From assembly GCA_973851085.1 (NCBI GenBank), contig OZ316775.1, forward strand, positions 16,368,001-16,432,000: a stretch of DNA of 64,000 nucleotides, read 5' to 3'. The stretch is from Ptychomitrium polyphyllum. Its lineage: Eukaryota. The notes under the pieces were generated by a model. That model saw only the letters and a program-made list of their open reading frames with translations, was not told where the DNA came from and made no database searches. A program made the position numbers and the translations under genes. Shown here piece after piece: positions 26,955 to 38,414 of this stretch (its first letter is position 1; each line of letters opens with the position of its first letter).

Positions 26955-27851
26955 ACCTACCTACTTACATACATACTTAAATTCCAGCACTCATGCATCG
27001 GACAATCCATGTTACTCTTCCACCACAGTATGAAAACGTTCACACTCGGTAGTAATATGAACGGCGTACCCAGGTTTGCAAAGTCAAGAACACGAAGAAC
27101 CACGACCAGGATGAAATCCATCGGCACCGCAAGGGCGTCAGCCATTGTCCGCGACGAAGGGGCTAGCGCTGCGGCATCGAACTGCCGAGCGGCATCGAAG
27201 TGAGCTGCGACGGCGAGTGCGCGACTGGGGCGCACAGGAGCACTCGCTTTGGTCTCTGGTTGCACTTGTTGGGACTCACCGGATTTCACCTGTTGCTGCT
27301 GCTGCTGCTTCTCTACGCATTGTCGTCGTCGCTATGTACGGGCCCCCTCTGCCCTGCCCTCCATCGCCGGCCTCGCTACCTGCCTGCGCTCTCATCTATG
27401 CTCTGTCCCCCCCGGCGCTTCTCACCCCACTGGTGCGCCCTGCGTGCGGCACCCTTCCGCTGCTGCGCTTCGCTATCGGTTCCAACCTAGATTCTACACG
27501 ACAATCGGGAGCAATGCTTGACGTGTAGGTCTGGGATGCGCTCGGGAGCCCTAGAATCCTGTGCGGTGCTTCCGTGACCTTGATGGCTAGGTTTCGGATG
27601 CGACTGGGAAACCCTAGGACTCCGTCGTGCGCTGGATTCTTGCGCAATGCCTAGATTAGGGACGCGGCTGCGAAGCCCTAGAATTCTTGATCGGTATACG
27701 AATTCCTGCGTCTAGATGGGGCCACTAGAATTCTGTCCTGCGATGGGGCCTTGCGCGTTTGGGCGCGTCAGTTCGTTAGTGTTGGGTGAATGTGGCGTTT
27801 GTGGGGTTGTGATGAAGGTGTCTGGGTGTGTGCGTGCGTGCAGAAGGAACG

Positions 27852-28652
27852 ATGCTTGCGAGGCAGGGGTTGAGGTCCGGCCTGCGGACATGGGCTGCAG
27901 CTCGGCCCGTGCTGGTGCGCAGTTTCGCCGCGGAGGTGGAGAACCATCAGGAGGCCGTCGTCCCTGAGAAGTTCAAGGAGGACTGGAAGAAGATCGCGCC
28001 GAATTACGACCTGCCGCATTTCCCGAGCAGCTACATGGCTGCCCGGCCTCCCGTTCCGTCGACGTTGCCCACCAAGCTGACGGTGAACTTCGTGCTGCCT
28101 CACATGTTCGAGATGCAGGCGAAGGAGGTGAGCGTTCATGCTCCTGGGCGTGTGGGGGTCGGGAACGTTCAGTGGGTCTGCAATGTGTCGCAATGTGTGA
28201 GCACAGCAGCGTGGCATGGGTATCGTGGAGCAAATTATGGGTGGGATTGCGGAGTCGAGAATTGTGGAGAATGTAATGTTTGTGGGAGTTCTTTGGTGCA
28301 GGTGGACATGGTGATCGTGCCAGCAACATCAGGGCAGATGGGAGTGTTGCCCGGGCACGTGCCGACCATCGCGGAGCTGAAGCCCGGAATCATGTCCGTG
28401 CACGAGGGCAGCGACGTGAAGCAGTACTTCGTGAGCAGCGGGTTTGCATTCGTGCATGCGAACTCGGTGGCGGACATCATCGCGATCGAGGCGGTGCCGC
28501 TGGACAGGTTGGACCCCGCGGAAGTGAGGAAGGGCGTGCAGGAGTACACGCAGAAGGTATCGAGTGCGAAGGACGACTTGGAGAGGGCAGAGGCCCAAAT
28601 CGGGCTGGAGGTGCACAGCGCCCTGCAGGTCGCATTAGGTGTGAGCGCGTGA
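27852..28652 (+). CDS. ATP16: Mitochondrial F1-ATP synthase delta subunit (ATP5F1D/ATP16 orthologue), copy 1. Exons 27852-28127, 28302-28652; 208 aa
   Basis: Arg-rich presequence [14 protein letters not shown]; motifs [54 protein letters not shown]; 174-bp GT-AG intron. Confidence 0.95.
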   Translation: MLARQGLRSGLRTWAAARPVLVRSFAAEVENHQEAVVPEKFKEDWKKIAPNYDLPHFPSSYMAARPPVPSTLPTKLTVNFVLPHMFEMQAKEVSVHAPGRVGVGNVQWVCNVSQCVSTAAWHGYRGANYGWDCGVENCGECNVCGSSLVQVDMVIVPATSGQMGVLPGHVPTIAELKPGIMSVHEGSDVKQYFVSSGFAFVHANSVADIIAIEAVPLDRLDPAEVRKGVQEYTQKVSSAKDDLERAEAQIGLEVHSALQVALGVSA

Positions 28653-29528
28653 GATGTTTGTGTCGGTGACGACGATGGTGGTACATTTGAACAGATTCGA
28701 GGCTTTCGAGCCAATTAGGCACAATAATCCCTCGAGAGGTTCCTCAGATGATGGGATGTCATAGTTCAGGGCAAGGGTCATTCCATTTGTTCTGCGAAGG
28801 CGGTTCTTCCAGCGAGGAACCAAATCGCGGTCAGCCTTGTACACTCTTTATAGGATATGTCCAGTTCTTTCTTTCGGATATGGGTCCCTAGTACTGCTCC
28901 GATGGTTTCTAGACATGTTGGTTATGTTCATGCTGCGTATGTGTGTGTGTCGGTCGGTGTTCGTTTATTTGTGGATGTTATAGATACAGTATGATTGAGG
29001 TAGAGAGATGCCCTAATAATCATGGTGGGCGGTTGAGAGAGGGTGTGCACCACGGTGCGTTGGTGCATGCTTTTCTTGGGTTATCTGTGGCAACGTGTGT
29101 TTTTCGAGGTTGTAGCAGAGGTTCCTGTACTGTCTATGCTCTTCGATTTTTAGGGATGGCATTGATTGGAACATTAGTGAGACAGGTAGCGAATAGGCGT
29201 TACAACAACCAGATTTTGGGACGAGAGTTGAGGGCTTGCCAGAGTATTGATGAGGTTTCATGAACTGGGCTAGTTGTGGTTACTGTCATGCTTGTCCGAT
29301 TTCGATGTCACTTGGAACAGTGTCTGCAGTACAGGTGTGGTGTCAACGTATGGCAAGCCTTCGGAGTTGTCGAAACTGCTTATTGGGAGTTAGGATGTCG
29401 ATGTTGGGCGTGAGCGGTATAGACGTATGGAGGCCTGGTGAAGTTGCTTAATCCTGGATCCTGCTTGCGATGTGGACTTTGAGCGTCATCGCGAATATGC
29501 TGGGATTGATATTAAAGTCTTTGGACGC

Positions 29529-32442
29529 TTCATTAGCATTTCGAAATTCCTACAGATGGATCTTTACCAACTCCTTACAGTGAGCTTTCATGGCGATTCC
29601 GAACTCTTGAAAGTGCTGTCTATGCGTTTTGGTGAAAGACGTCGCTGGATTTCTAGTTTTTGATCACGAATTTTCGCAGCGAGTACAGTTTGAACTCTAA
29701 TCGTTGAAGAAGCACACTTATTCTTGTGCCTAACAGACCTAAGAATCACGTTAACGTAACAAGAACTGCCGAAATAAAACTTACTGGGTGGAGCTCTCAA
29801 GACGTAGAAACAGGTATCCGGCGAAAGTGGTCCTATTGTGCTGTTAGTCAGTTGGCAAACAGTTTCCGCAATCCGTAAACTCTTAGATGGGCCTACACAC
29901 CAAGCAGCAAATAAAATTGCAGAATTCACATTGTATTTTGAAAAGCCCCAAAGTCTAACTGAGGAAGGACCCGAAATGACACAACAAGTGTTTCGTTTAG
30001 AACCACATTGGCATGCAATTCGACATCATTTCATTTTCCTTTTCCATTCCCATTTCCAAAGCCTCGATCGGATGGAGATGGAACTGGTAAATACTGCAGC
30101 GAAGTGCCGACGGAGCCAAATTTTATAGAGTTTGTTTCAGCGACGGAGATTGTATATCGTGTTGAGTTGAGGGATGACAGATCACTCAGAGGCCGTCCAG
30201 CACAACAACGTATCAAAAAATCTGATCTATGAGTCCGCCTTACTGGAACAGGAGATATGAGCCTCCAACATGCACCTTGGAACAGAAGTTCAAGCACAGC
30301 TACAGGATGTGCTGGCATAAAAGCATAAAATTAGGAATCTAGGGGTTTCATCAGATACAATGAACTAAGTGGAAGCTGAAAGTGTTCCTGTTCGTAAACT
30401 AGGGTTTGAAAATCAGTTTTTTGTTCAGGGTAACAATAAGATCTGAAAGTGTCAAATAAGTAAAATTGAAGCCAGTTTGGGCTAAACCTTAACCCGAATT
30501 ATGGCATGAATGGAATTTTGTTATTTAGACTTTCAGAGACGATACAACAAAACTTCTAATGATACTCTCAAAAATAAGTAAGTCCATTTAGTTAAGATGC
30601 CTTTGTGCACAACTATAACTGACAGATTTTCATTTCACTGTTCACATTAATTGACGATCAAAATGTACATACAAACTGCCATGGTTAAAGAAAGGTTACA
30701 ATAACAACATAGAAATACTTCACGTTATTCAAACTTATATACTTTTCTAATAATTACCAAACTTCCTGAAAACTAAAATCTGACTTCACACAAGTATAAA
30801 AACAATCAGTAGAGAAGTTCAAAAGTAGAGCAAACAACAACAAAATAAAAATTAATTAAAATACAAAAAATCATGCAATACCAAANNNNNNNNNNNNNNN
30901 NNNNNNNNNNNNNNNNNNNNNNNNNNNNNNNNNNNNNNNNNNNNNNNNNNNNNNNNNNNNNNNNNNNNNNNNNNNNNNNNNNNNNNNNNNNNNNNNNNNN
31001 NNNNNNNNNNNNNNNNNNNNNNNNNNNNNNNNNNNNNNNNNNNNNNNNNNNNNNNNNNNNNNNNNNNNNNNNNNNNNNNNNNNNNTTCATTAGCATTTCG
31101 AAATTCCTACAGATGGATCTTTACCAACTCCTTACAGTGAGCTTTCATGGCGATTCCGAACTCTTGAAAGTGCTGTCTATGCGTTTTGGTGAAAGACGTC
31201 GCTGGATTTCTAGTTTTTGATCACGAATTTTCGCAGCGAGTACAGTTTGAACTCTAATCGTTGAAGAAGCACACTTATTCTTGTGCCTAACAGACCTAAG
31301 AATCACGTTAACGTAACAAGAACTGCCGAAATAAAACTTACTGGGTGGAGCTCTCAAGACGTAGAAACAGGTATCCGGCGAAAGTGGTCCTATTGTGCTG
31401 TTAGTCAGTTGGCAAACAGTTTCCGCAATCCGTAAACTCTTAGATGGGCCTACACACCAAGCAGCAAATAAAATTGCAGAATTCACATTGTATTTTGAAA
31501 AGCCCCAAAGTCTAACTGAGGAAGGACCCGAAATGACACAACAAGTGTTTCGTTTAGAACCACATTGGCATGCAATTCGACATCATTTCATTTTCCTTTT
31601 CCATTCCCATTTCCAAAGCCTCGATCGGATGGAGATGGAACTGGTAAATACTGCAGCGAAGTGCCGACGGAGCCAAATTTTATAGAGTTTGTTTCAGCGA
31701 CGGAGATTGTATATCGTGTTGAGTTGAGGGATGACAGATCACTCAGAGGCCGTCCAGCACAACAACGTATCAAAAAATCTGATCTATGAGTCCGCCTTAC
31801 TGGAACAGGAGATATGAGCCTCCAACATGCACCTTGGAACAGAAGTTCAAGCACAGCTACAGGATGTGCTGGCATAAAAGCATAAAATTAGGAATCTAGG
31901 GGTTTCATCAGATACAATGAACTAAGTGGAAGCTGAAAGTGTTCCTGTTCGTAAACTAGGGTTTGAAAATCAGTTTTTTGTTCAGGGTAACAATAAGATC
32001 TGAAAGTGTCAAATAAGTAAAATTGAAGCCAGTTTGGGCTAAACCTTAACCCGAATTATGGCATGAATGGAATTTTGTTATTTAGACTTTCAGAGACGAT
32101 ACAACAAAACTTCTAATGATACTCTCAAAAATAAGTAAGTCCATTTAGTTAAGATGCCTTTGTGCACAACTATAACTGACAGATTTTCATTTCACTGTTC
32201 ACATTAATTGACGATCAAAATGTACATACAAACTGCCATGGTTAAAGAAAGGTTACAATAACAACATAGAAATACTTCACGTTATTCAAACTTATATACT
32301 TTTCTAATAATTACCAAACTTCCTGAAAACTAAAATCTGACTTCACACAAGTATAAAAACAATCAGTAGAGAAGTTCAAAAGTAGAGCAAACAACAACAA
32401 AATAAAAATTAATTAAAATACAAAAAATCATGCAATACCAAA
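29529..32442. other. 1357-bp direct duplication (29529-30885 = 31086-32442) around a 200-N gap (30886-31085); probable unmerged contig overlap
   Basis: Constant offset 1557, copies abut the gap on each side, identical ORF translations. Confidence 0.85.
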
Positions 32443-32454
32443 AAAAAACAAGGA

Positions 32455-35400
32455 AAGCAGAATCCAGGATTAAGCAACTTCACCAGGCCTCCATACGTCT
32501 ATACCGCTCACGCCCAACATCGACATCCTAACTCCCAATAAGCAGTTTCGACAACTCCGAAGGCTTGCCATACGTTGACACCACACCTGTACTGCAGACA
32601 CTGTTCCAAGTGACATCGAAATCGGACAAGCATGACAGTAACCACAACTAGCCCAGTTCATGAAACCTCATCAATACTCTGGCAAGCCCTCAACTCTCGT
32701 CCCAAAATCTGGTTGTTGTAACGCCTATTCGCTACCTGTCTCACTAATGTTCCAATCAATGCCATCCCTAAAAATCGAAGAGCATAGACAGTACAGGAAC
32801 CTCTGCTACAACCTCGAAAAACACACGTTGCCACAGATAACCCAAGAAAAGCATGCACCAACGCACCGTGGTGCACACCCTCTCTCAACCGCCCACCATG
32901 ATTATTAGGGCATCTCTCTACCTCAATCATACTGTATCTATAACATCCACAAATAAACGAACACCGACCGACACACACACATACGCAGCATGAACATAAC
33001 CAACATGTCTAGAAACCATCGGAGCAGTACTAGGGACCCATATCCGAAAGAAAGAACTGGACATATCCTATAAAGAGTGTACAAGGCTGACCGCGATTTG
33101 GTTCCTCGCTGGAAGAACCGCCTTCGCAGAACAAATGGAATGACCCTTGCCCTGAACTATGACATCCCATCATCTGAGGAACCTCTCGAGGGATTATTGT
33201 GCCTAATTGGCTCGAAAGCCTCGAATCTGTTCAAATGTACCACCATCGTCGTCACCGACACAAACATCTCACGCGCTCACACCTAATGCGACCTGCAGGG
33301 CGCTGTGCACCTCCAGCCCGATTTGGGCCTCTGCCCTCTCCAAGTCGTCCTTCGCACTCGATACCTTCTGCGTGTACTCCTGCACGCCCTTCCTCACTTC
33401 CGCGGGGTCCAACCTGTCCAGCGGCACCGCCTCGATCGCGATGATGTCCGCCACCGAGTTCGCATGCACGAATGCAAACCCGCTGCTCACGAAGTACTGC
33501 TTCACGTCGCTGCCCTCGTGCACGGACATGATTCCGGGCTTCAGCTCCGCGATGGTCGGCACGTGCCCGGGCAACACTCCCATCTGCCCTGATGTTGCTG
33601 GCACGATCACCATGTCCACCTGCACCAAAGAACTCCCACAAACATTACATTCTCCACAATTCTCGACTCCGCAATCCCACCCATAATTTGCTCCACGATA
33701 CCCATGCCACGCTGCTGTGCTCACACATTGCGACACATTGCAGACCCACTGAACGTTCCCGACCCCCACACGCCCAGGAGCATGAACGCTCACCTCCTTC
33801 GCCTGCATCTCGAACATGTGAGGCAGCACGAAGTTCACCGTCAGCTTGGTGGGCAACGTCGACGGAACGGGAGGCCGGGCAGCCATGTAGCTGCTCGGGA
33901 AATGCGGCAGGTCGTAATTCGGCGCGATCTTCTTCCAGTCCTCCTTGAACTTCTCAGGGACGACGGCCTCCTGATGGTTCTCCACCTCCGCGGCGAAACT
34001 GCGCACCAGCACGGGCCGAGCTGCAGCCCATGTCCGCAGGCCGGACCTCAACCCCTGCCTCGCAAGCATCGTTCCTTCTGCACGCACGCACACACCCAGA
34101 CACCTTCATCACAACCCCACAAACGCCACATTCACCCAACACTAACGAACTGACGCGCCCAAACGCGCAAGGCCCCATCGCAGGACAGAATTCTAGTGGC
34201 CCCATCTAGACGCAGGAATTCGTATACCGATCAAGAATTCTAGGGCTTCGCAGCCGCGTCCCTAATCTAGGCATTGCGCAAGAATCCAGCGCACGACGGA
34301 GTCCTAGGGTTTCCCAGTCGCATCCGAAACCTAGCCATCAAGGTCACGGAAGCACCGCACAGGATTCTAGGGCTCCCGAGCGCATCCCAGACCTACACGT
34401 CAAGCATTGCTCCCGATTGTCGTGTAGAATCTAGGTTGGAACCGATAGCGAAGCGCAGCAGCGGAAGGGTGCCGCACGCAGGGCGCACCAGTGGGGTGAG
34501 AAGCGCCGGGGGGGACAGAGCATAGATGAGAGCGCAGGCAGGTAGCGAGGCCGGCGATGGAGGGCAGGGCAGAGGGGGCCCGTACATAGCGACGACGACA
34601 ATGCGTAGAGAAGCAGCAGCAGCAGCAACAGGTGAAATCCGGTGAGTCCCAACAAGTGCAACCAGAGACCAAAGCGAGTGCTCCTGTGCGCCCCAGTCGC
34701 GCACTCGCCGTCGCAGCTCACTTCGATGCCGCTCGGCAGTTCGATGCCGCAGCGCTAGCCCCTTCGTCGCGGACAATGGCTGACGCCCTTGCGGTGCCGA
34801 TGGATTTCATCCTGGTCGTGGTTCTTCGTGTTCTTGACTTTGCAAACCTGGGTACGCCGTTCATATTACTACCGAGTGTGAACGTTTTCATACTGTGGTG
34901 GAAGAGTAACATGGATTGTCCGATGCATGAGTGCTGGAATTTAAGTATGTATGTAAGTAGGTAGGTATGTATGTATGTATGTATGTATGTATGTATGTAT
35001 GTATGTGACTAAGCACGGTTTAGGCATGGCATTGGAGTTGGGTGTGCTATGGAGGGGATGCATGACACGGCGGATGTACTTCTGTCTTTTATGTCTTTTA
35101 TGTACGTTGTTTAATTTTATTGTAAAAATTTGAATAATGTAGCGTTCACATATGGGAGTAGCACTTATAAGGTATTAGAGTGAATATTAAAATAAGAAGT
35201 GAACAAAGATAACGAGCAACCTCATTATGTTAAAAAAATCTAGTATTTTGTTAAATGATGTTTGATAATATCAAATTATGTAATTGAAGCTTTTTATGAA
35301 TTGAAGAAGGAAATTGCAAGTGAGAAAATTCATGAAGAAATGCAAGACTATATCAATTAATTGCTTTAATTAATTTCCGTTCAAAGTGTTTTTTTAATAG

Positions 35401-36010
35401 CTTTGATAAGCCTATAATTGGATAAAAATGCCAAGCCAAGATAGATTTTTCACCTAGTTTATTCTGCAAAATCTAATTGGCACTAACAAGGCCAATCAAA
35501 ATGAAGTTTTTGATAAATTTTTCACCTAGTTTATTCTGCAAAATCTAATTGGCACTAACAAGGCCAATCAAAATGAAGTTCTTGATAATTGGATGAAATC
35601 TTTCCAAAACTAAACCACATAGCATTTATTCAATGTGATTTAGCAATCAATTTTAAATCATGTGATAGTTTTGCAATAAGATAAGAGATTTGTTTTGAAG
35701 GAAATTTATCCATTTGATTAATTGCTATAAGAAATTTATTTTGGAACCTTTTAAAAAGGATTGAATCTATCAAATATGCATAAGAAGAGTTCGTTGATTT
35801 TTAATTGAGGAAAAATCATTATTTAATATTAGTTATATTAATTATAGGTATAAAATTGTGCAATCATAAATCCAACATTTTGTAACTACATGTATTATAT
35901 GTGATTCAATGTGAATATCATTTCATAAGCTATTGCTTTAATTATGATAAATTCAAATTATAGGCTTATATAATAGGCAGGTTATGGTTTTTTGAATATT
36001 ACCATTCATT
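32455..36010 (-). repeat. Right arm of the 3556-bp inverted repeat
   Basis: Reverse complement of 25911-29466. Confidence 0.95.
33269..34069 (-). CDS. ATP16: Mitochondrial F1-ATP synthase delta subunit, copy 2. Exons 34069-33794, 33619-33269
   Basis: Translation identical to copy 1. Confidence 0.93.
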   Translation of the reverse strand: MLARQGLRSGLRTWAAARPVLVRSFAAEVENHQEAVVPEKFKEDWKKIAPNYDLPHFPSSYMAARPPVPSTLPTKLTVNFVLPHMFEMQAKEVSVHAPGRVGVGNVQWVCNVSQCVSTAAWHGYRGANYGWDCGVENCGECNVCGSSLVQVDMVIVPATSGQMGVLPGHVPTIAELKPGIMSVHEGSDVKQYFVSSGFAFVHANSVADIIAIEAVPLDRLDPAEVRKGVQEYTQKVSSAKDDLERAEAQIGLEVHSALQVALGVSA

Positions 36011-36465
36011 ATATTACAACAAGTAGGTATTATCGATGATTACGTATTTTTCTAAAGGCAATATAGTTATGGTTTTGTTTAATGAGTATACTGAGGAGCT
36101 TGCCTATGCCATTTTCAATAGATTGGAATTCTAATAACTTTTGAAAATTGATGAATTGATGTTTTAAAAAGTCCTCAAGCTTTATGCAAGATAGAAGTGA
36201 TTGCTTGTAAAGGAAATAATACAACTATATAAAATAAGATAGTTGAAAAAAGTATTTTTTTCAAAACTATGGAAAGGTAGTTTTGATAAACAGCTAATAT
36301 AAGTGGTGTTATGTAGAATGGAATTTGTAATTACGTATGTTGATAATGGACAATTCTTTTAGCAAATCAACTTTTTCAATGTCATTATACTTACTTCTTA
36401 TTGTATGATAACAATTCATTATTGTTAATGGCTACTAAAATGAATGTTAGCATTATAGCTATTAT

Positions 36466-36946
36466 TATCACTGTCATACGTATTAGAAGCATTTAGTTTA
36501 GTTTTTAGAAGATTTAAAAAGTTTCCAAGGAAATTTCCTTGACTTGAGAAACTTCCAAGGAAGTTATCTTAGATTCAGAAAGCTTTTAAGGAAGTTACCT
36601 TCAGATTATGAAGCTTCCAAGGAAGTTGCCTTGACTTAGGAAGCTTCCAAGAAAATTACCTCGGCCTAAGAAACTTCCAAAGAAGTAACTCAAGATTACT
36701 TGAATACCAAGCAATGTAGGTGAAGCGTCTCAAAAAGCTTCCAAGGCTTGGAATTCTAGTATATATAAAATTCAAGGTTGAAGAGCTCTTTAGTCTTGAC
36801 AACGCATCTCTTGTGGTCTAGTTCAGACCTTTTGGCCTTGTCTTTTGTACCTTGCTGTAGTTCTTTACTTCTAATATACTTGGACTTATCTTGTTTCACA
36901 TTTTGGAATCCTGAAACCTTGTCTTGTGATTACTCTATTTGTAATA
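36466..36946 (+). repeat. 5' LTR, gypsy family B
   Basis: Decayed termini (TA...TA), ~30-bp U3 array, TATA at ~36761. Confidence 0.85.
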
Positions 36947-37800
36947 GTTTGTTGAGATTGTCATACAACAATATCAGAGCTTGGTTTTTCTTCATAGAGA
37001 GCGGATCACCCATTTTTCTAAAAAGCACTATAGCACTTTAGAAATTGCTGATTACCCTCCTCTAGACTAATATTTCTTCTTGAATTTTCTTTGGATTCTT
37101 GCGTAGGTAGCAGTTTTTATCTATTCCCATTTCATTTCTATGCTAAGCAGTGAAAAAATCAATATGACTGATTAAAAAGAAACAAAGTTAGATTCCATTA
37201 TCAATGCCCTTGAAGCATTGAGGATCAAGACCAAGACTTTATCTAAGCAAAATCAAGAACTGTATTTGACCATACACAATGGTCAAGCAGCAGAAGCATC
37301 GCAGTTGTTTTTCCAAGTCAACTTAGGTGCTTCATCGTTTAGACCCAATTTGGTAGATGATAAACAAGTTCAAGCAAGGAATTCAATGTCAACAACCAAA
37401 GAATAAAGAATCACCGTTCCAGAGAAATTTGATAGTACGCGTTCAAAATTTCGAGGCTTTGTAAATCAAGTTCAACTTATTACCTTGCTTCAATCTCGAC
37501 GATATCTTATGGACGCTTTGCGTGTTGATTTGGTAGGAACGTTGCCCTCAAGACAAGCATTGTTTTGGTTTGCAGCACTTTTTGAGAAGAATTCTTCCGT
37601 ATTTAGCAACTTTGATGCGTTCTTAGCCACGTTTGCAGAAGCATTTGGTGACCATGACAAGCTTTGTTTTGCAAATACTAAGATTTGTGCCTTGCGCTAA
37701 GGACCACGTTCTATGTGAATTTATGCATCGGAATTTCGACAACTTGCATGCAACATGAATTGGGGAAAAGAAGCGCTAATGAGTTAATTTAAGTGGAACG

Positions 37801-38414
37801 TGTTAGGAATACAAGAAACAAGAAGTAGAAACAAAGTGTTTCCCAAGAATTAGCTTCCAAAGAGCTAATAATTAACAAGAACTTGATACAAAGACTAGAA
37901 TAAGGCAGGATTCAAGATGATCCACAATTTGTGTTGGCAAGACTAAGGACTACCTTGTCTTGCCTCCTATTTATATTATGACGTTTGTATCTCCTAGGAT
38001 ACTTCTAAAGAAGCTTCCTATAAGGGTTAAGAATGTTCTGGAAGTCTAGAGAACCTTCCCAAGAAGTTTCCTAAGATGTTGGAACCTTCCTAAGAGTCTT
38101 TCAAGGAGTTGGAACCTTCCTTAGAAGTTTCCTAAGGTAGCGGAACCTTCTTAGGAAGTTTCCTAAAGAAATAGAACCTTCCTTGGAAGTTTCCTAAGAT
38201 GACAGAACCTTCTTAGGAAGTTTTCTGGAAAATTACCTAAGATGATAGAACCTTCCTAAGAAGTTTTCCAAGGTGGAGGAACTTTCTTAGGAAGCTTCCT
38301 AAAAACATGGAAAGACTATGGAGACATCTAAAAGTATTCTAAGAAGCTATTATAGTATATTAGAAGGTTTTAGAATGTTTTAAGGACTATGTTGCATGAT
38401 CTATGTCCGTGACA
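37801..38414 (-). mobile_element. Solo LTR of family A inserted in family B gag
   Basis: TG...CA ends, TSD GAACG/GAATG, expanded ~30-bp array. Confidence 0.9.

Larger units (their letters stand above)
25911..29466 (+). repeat. Left arm of a 3556-bp inverted repeat
   Basis: Reverse complement of 32455-36010; paired coordinates sum to 61921 and the ORF track mirrors exactly. Confidence 0.95.

Noticed and set aside
26957..27967. Several 64-127 aa ORFs upstream of ATP delta (and their mirrors)
   Set aside because: Overlapping GC-rich frames without recognisable motifs, many with non-ATG starts; better explained as promoter, 5'UTR and leader intron.
27973..28722. Antisense and alternate-frame ORFs over ATP delta (likewise over RPL24 and UTP18)
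   Set aside because: Shadow ORFs of GC-rich coding sequence.
30042..30083. Small hairpin in the palindrome spacer as a possible miRNA precursor
   Set aside because: Stem is only ~14 bp, imperfect and low-complexity.
30806..31220. ORFs spanning N runs (also 53444-53801)
   Set aside because: Artefacts of assembly gaps.
36972..36980. TATCAGAGC resembling a tRNA-Met PBS
   Set aside because: About 25 nt from the LTR end, lacks the TGG, and altered in the other B copy; a self-priming site directly after the LTR fits better.
38041..38300. Regular repeats that could be taken for a CRISPR array
   Set aside because: Degenerate tandem units with no unique spacers, inside a eukaryotic LTR, no cas genes.
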